Source of the DNA: Candidatus Tectimicrobiota bacterium
GTDB taxonomy: Bacteria > JACPUC01
Direction of reading: 5' to 3'
Assembly (NCBI GenBank): GCA_016192455.1
Contig: JACPUC010000019.1
Location: 297,285 to 317,284 of the forward strand
Length of the DNA: 20,000 nt
Part shown: positions 18,333 to 20,000 of the stretch, one piece after another
Numbering within the stretch: the stretch's first letter is position 1
How the letters are laid out: every line of letters starts with the position of its first letter
Made by a program: the position numbers and the translations under genes
Notes under the pieces: model-generated
What the model saw: the letters and a program-made list of their open reading frames with translations, nothing else
The model's database searches: none
Told to the model about the DNA's origin: nothing

Positions 18333-18560
18333 ATGAGGAAGCAGCACACCATGCCTACCGCCAGGCAGGTCGTCCACCAGCTCCGCCTGGACGGCGAAGG
18401 CGAAGACCTCTACGTCGTGGACCGGAAGGGGCTCATTCATGAGCCTCGCCCACGTGATCTGCAACTCACCCTCTTCGAGGAAGGCCATGCGACGAACACG
18501 CCCGCGCTGGGAGAACCGCATCCGCGAAATCCGCCAAAGCAAGCAGATGACCCAACGTGA
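18333..18560 (+). CDS. Small hypothetical protein (75 aa)
   Basis: ATG 12 nt after the previous stop, preceded by GGGGGAAG; GC3-rich codons; overlaps the XRE gene. Confidence 0.45.
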   Translation: MRKQHTMPTARQVVHQLRLDGEGEDLYVVDRKGLIHEPRPRDLQLTLFEEGHATNTPALGEPHPRNPPKQADDPT

Positions 18561-18714
18561 CCTCGCCCGCATCCTGGGCTTCACGGAGTCCTACGTCTCG
18601 CACCTTGAGTCCGGCAGGGCCGCGCCGACCGCGCCAACGCTCCAGAAGCTCGCCGCCGCCCTCGGCGTCAAGGTCGATGACCTCTTCGTGAAGAGCAAGG
18701 GCGCCAAGTCCTGA
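18487..18714 (+). CDS. XRE-family HTH transcriptional regulator
   Basis: NRIREIRQSKQMTQRDLARILGFTESYVSHLESGRAAPTAPTLQKLAAALGVKVDDLF. ATG 18487 follows GAGGAAGG. Confidence 0.9.
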   Translation: MRRTRPRWENRIREIRQSKQMTQRDLARILGFTESYVSHLESGRAAPTAPTLQKLAAALGVKVDDLFVKSKGAKS

Positions 18715-19103
18715 GCCGAAGCCGCCAAGCTACCGTTCCCTCTCGCTGCATGGTGGTGGCAAGAGGAAAGCCGTTCCAGCAGCCGGTCTGTTTCCTGTCA
18801 TCTTTAGAAGACAGGTAACTCCGACAGCGCGTTGTGCGAGGTTGAATTCCCTGCCCTTCCGGCGTCGAACCCTGGCAATACTGACAGGTAACACTTCGCC
18901 GCCGCCCGGCATTCATGAGGGTTTACATTCCAAAGCAGGGCGGGCGAGTAATTCGCTGCTCCACGCGACGCAAGGAACCAATGCGCTCCCCTCCCCGCGA
19001 GCTGCGCAGCAGTTCGCGTAAACGGGGTGCGCGAGGGGACACGGTTCCCTCGCAGAATTACGTAATGGAATTCAAGGAGACACGACACTCGGAGGAGCAG
19101 AAC

Positions 19104-19733
19104 ATGCCACAAGGGGAGAAACACGCGGCAATCTACCTGCGCGTCTCCAGCGCGGGCCAAAAGCACGCCAGCCAGGAGCCGGAGCTGAAGCGCTGGGTGG
19201 AGAAGGCGGACGAGCCGGTGACCTGGTTCCGCGACACCTTCACCGGGCGCACCATGGACCGCCCCGGCTTCGAGAAGCTCATGGAAGCCGTCCGTTCCGG
19301 CGGCGTCTCGAAGGTCGTCATCTGGCGGCTTGACCGCCTGGGCCGCACCGCCAAGGGCCTCACCCAGCTCTTCGCCGAGCTGCGCCAGCGCAAGATCGAC
19401 CTCGTCAGCCTGCGCGACGGCTTCACCCTCTCCACCGCCGCCGGACGCCTCACCGCCAACATCCTCGCCTCCATGGCCGAGTTCGAGACCGAGGTGCGCG
19501 CCGAGCGCGTGCGCGCCGGCCAAGCCGCCGCCAAGGCCAAGGGCAAGACCTGGGGCGGCAGCCGCACCGGCTGGCACTACCGAAGAACCCAGGCGAAGAT
19601 ACCCGTTATCCTCGACCTCCTCGCCAAAGGCGCCCCCAAGGCCCACATCGCCCGCGCCGTCGGCATCTCCCGCAAGACGGTGTACAGCATCCTGGCGCAG
19701 AACGGCGTCAATGGGAATGGGCAGGGCGCGTGA
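19104..19733 (+). CDS. Small serine recombinase (resolvase/invertase) with C-terminal HTH
   Basis: YLRVSS (catalytic Ser), DRPGF, RLDRLGR, AEFE...ERVRAG, IARAVGISRKTVYSIL. ATG 19104 follows GGAGGAG. Confidence 0.93.
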   Translation: MPQGEKHAAIYLRVSSAGQKHASQEPELKRWVEKADEPVTWFRDTFTGRTMDRPGFEKLMEAVRSGGVSKVVIWRLDRLGRTAKGLTQLFAELRQRKIDLVSLRDGFTLSTAAGRLTANILASMAEFETEVRAERVRAGQAAAKAKGKTWGGSRTGWHYRRTQAKIPVILDLLAKGAPKAHIARAVGISRKTVYSILAQNGVNGNGQGA

Positions 19734-19781
19734 AGGTGAACGTTCGCAGTCCGATCCCCGCCCGAACCTGCACCCACCGTC

Positions 19782-20000
19782 GCTTCAATGAGGCCGAGGC
19801 ACTGAGGCCTCGGAAATCTTTCCCCCAGGTGTGGGAGGGGGGGGGTTGCCGCTTCAATGAGGCCGAGGCACTGAGGCCTCGGAAATTTTCTCGGCCTGAT
19901 GATGACGGTAGAGCGGCCGGCAAGGCTTCAATGAGGCCGAGGCACTGAGGCCTCGGAAATTACGTGGGGGTGTCGGCTGTCCCCCCGCGCATGGTGACGC
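19782..20000 (-). CRISPR. CRISPR array with type I-G-like repeat, continuing beyond window
   Basis: Three identical 36-bp repeats GCTTCAATGAGGCCGAGGCACTGAGGCCTCGGAAAT at 19782-19817, 19851-19886 and 19925-19960. Unique spacers of 33 and 38 nt, and probably 38 nt (final GC at 19999-20000 fits a fourth repeat). Internal 7-bp palindrome CCGAGGC/GCCTCGG; the minus strand ends in ATTGAAGC. Confidence 0.95.

Larger units (their letters stand above)
10696..20000. mobile_element. tRNA-fMet-integrated genomic island / phage-satellite-like element (right end outside window)
   Basis: The integrase ends 6 bp from the tRNA CCA and is followed by xis-like, primase-helicase, ArdC, XRE, resolvase and CRISPR array. 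Composition shifts relative to the housekeeping half. No second att copy seen in the window. Confidence 0.85.

Noticed and set aside
18836-18860. GCGAGGTTGAATTCCCTGCCC loosely resembles the tRNA T-arm (possible attR)
   Set aside because: Needs several gaps and lacks the CCCCGCTACCA end; att cores are normally near-identical, and mobile genes continue to the right.
19887-19924. Spacer 2 shares GATGATGACG with 12549-12558 and translates (minus strand) as LAGRSTVII versus RAGKSVVII in the TubC-N-like ORF
   Set aside because: Only about 20 of 38 nt are identical; not self-targeting and compatible with chance, though a homologue in a related element cannot be excluded.
19577-19948. Short ORFs spanning the array (19708-19923, 19730-19948)
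   Set aside because: Repeated peptides are simply translations of the CRISPR repeats.

Overview
The left half (1-10695) is GC-rich bacterial housekeeping DNA: the 3' part of livF, a compact alpha-glucan phosphorylase, a DUF3891-like gene, panE, comEC/rec2, an mtnP-hemL-ftsB-like cluster and an initiator tRNA-fMet. From about 10696 to beyond the right edge lies a mobile element integrated at that tRNA, with phage-satellite-like organisation and no virion or conjugation genes in view. Its leftward arm carries a tyrosine integrase, an excisionase-like HTH protein, a TubC-N-like small protein, a TOPRIM primase/P-loop helicase and an AT-rich putative regulator. Its rightward arm carries an ArdC-like antirestriction protein, a Fis-HTH fusion, a small ORF, an XRE regulator and a serine resolvase. 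The resolvase is followed 48 bp later by a CRISPR array with type I-G-like 36-bp repeats that runs off the window; no cas genes are visible. Readable non-coding architecture includes integrase arm and IHF-like sites at the att end, an iteron array inside the primase 3' end, a C4/CI-like antisense attenuator ahead of the primase, and two related sigma70 promoters sharing a candidate operator.
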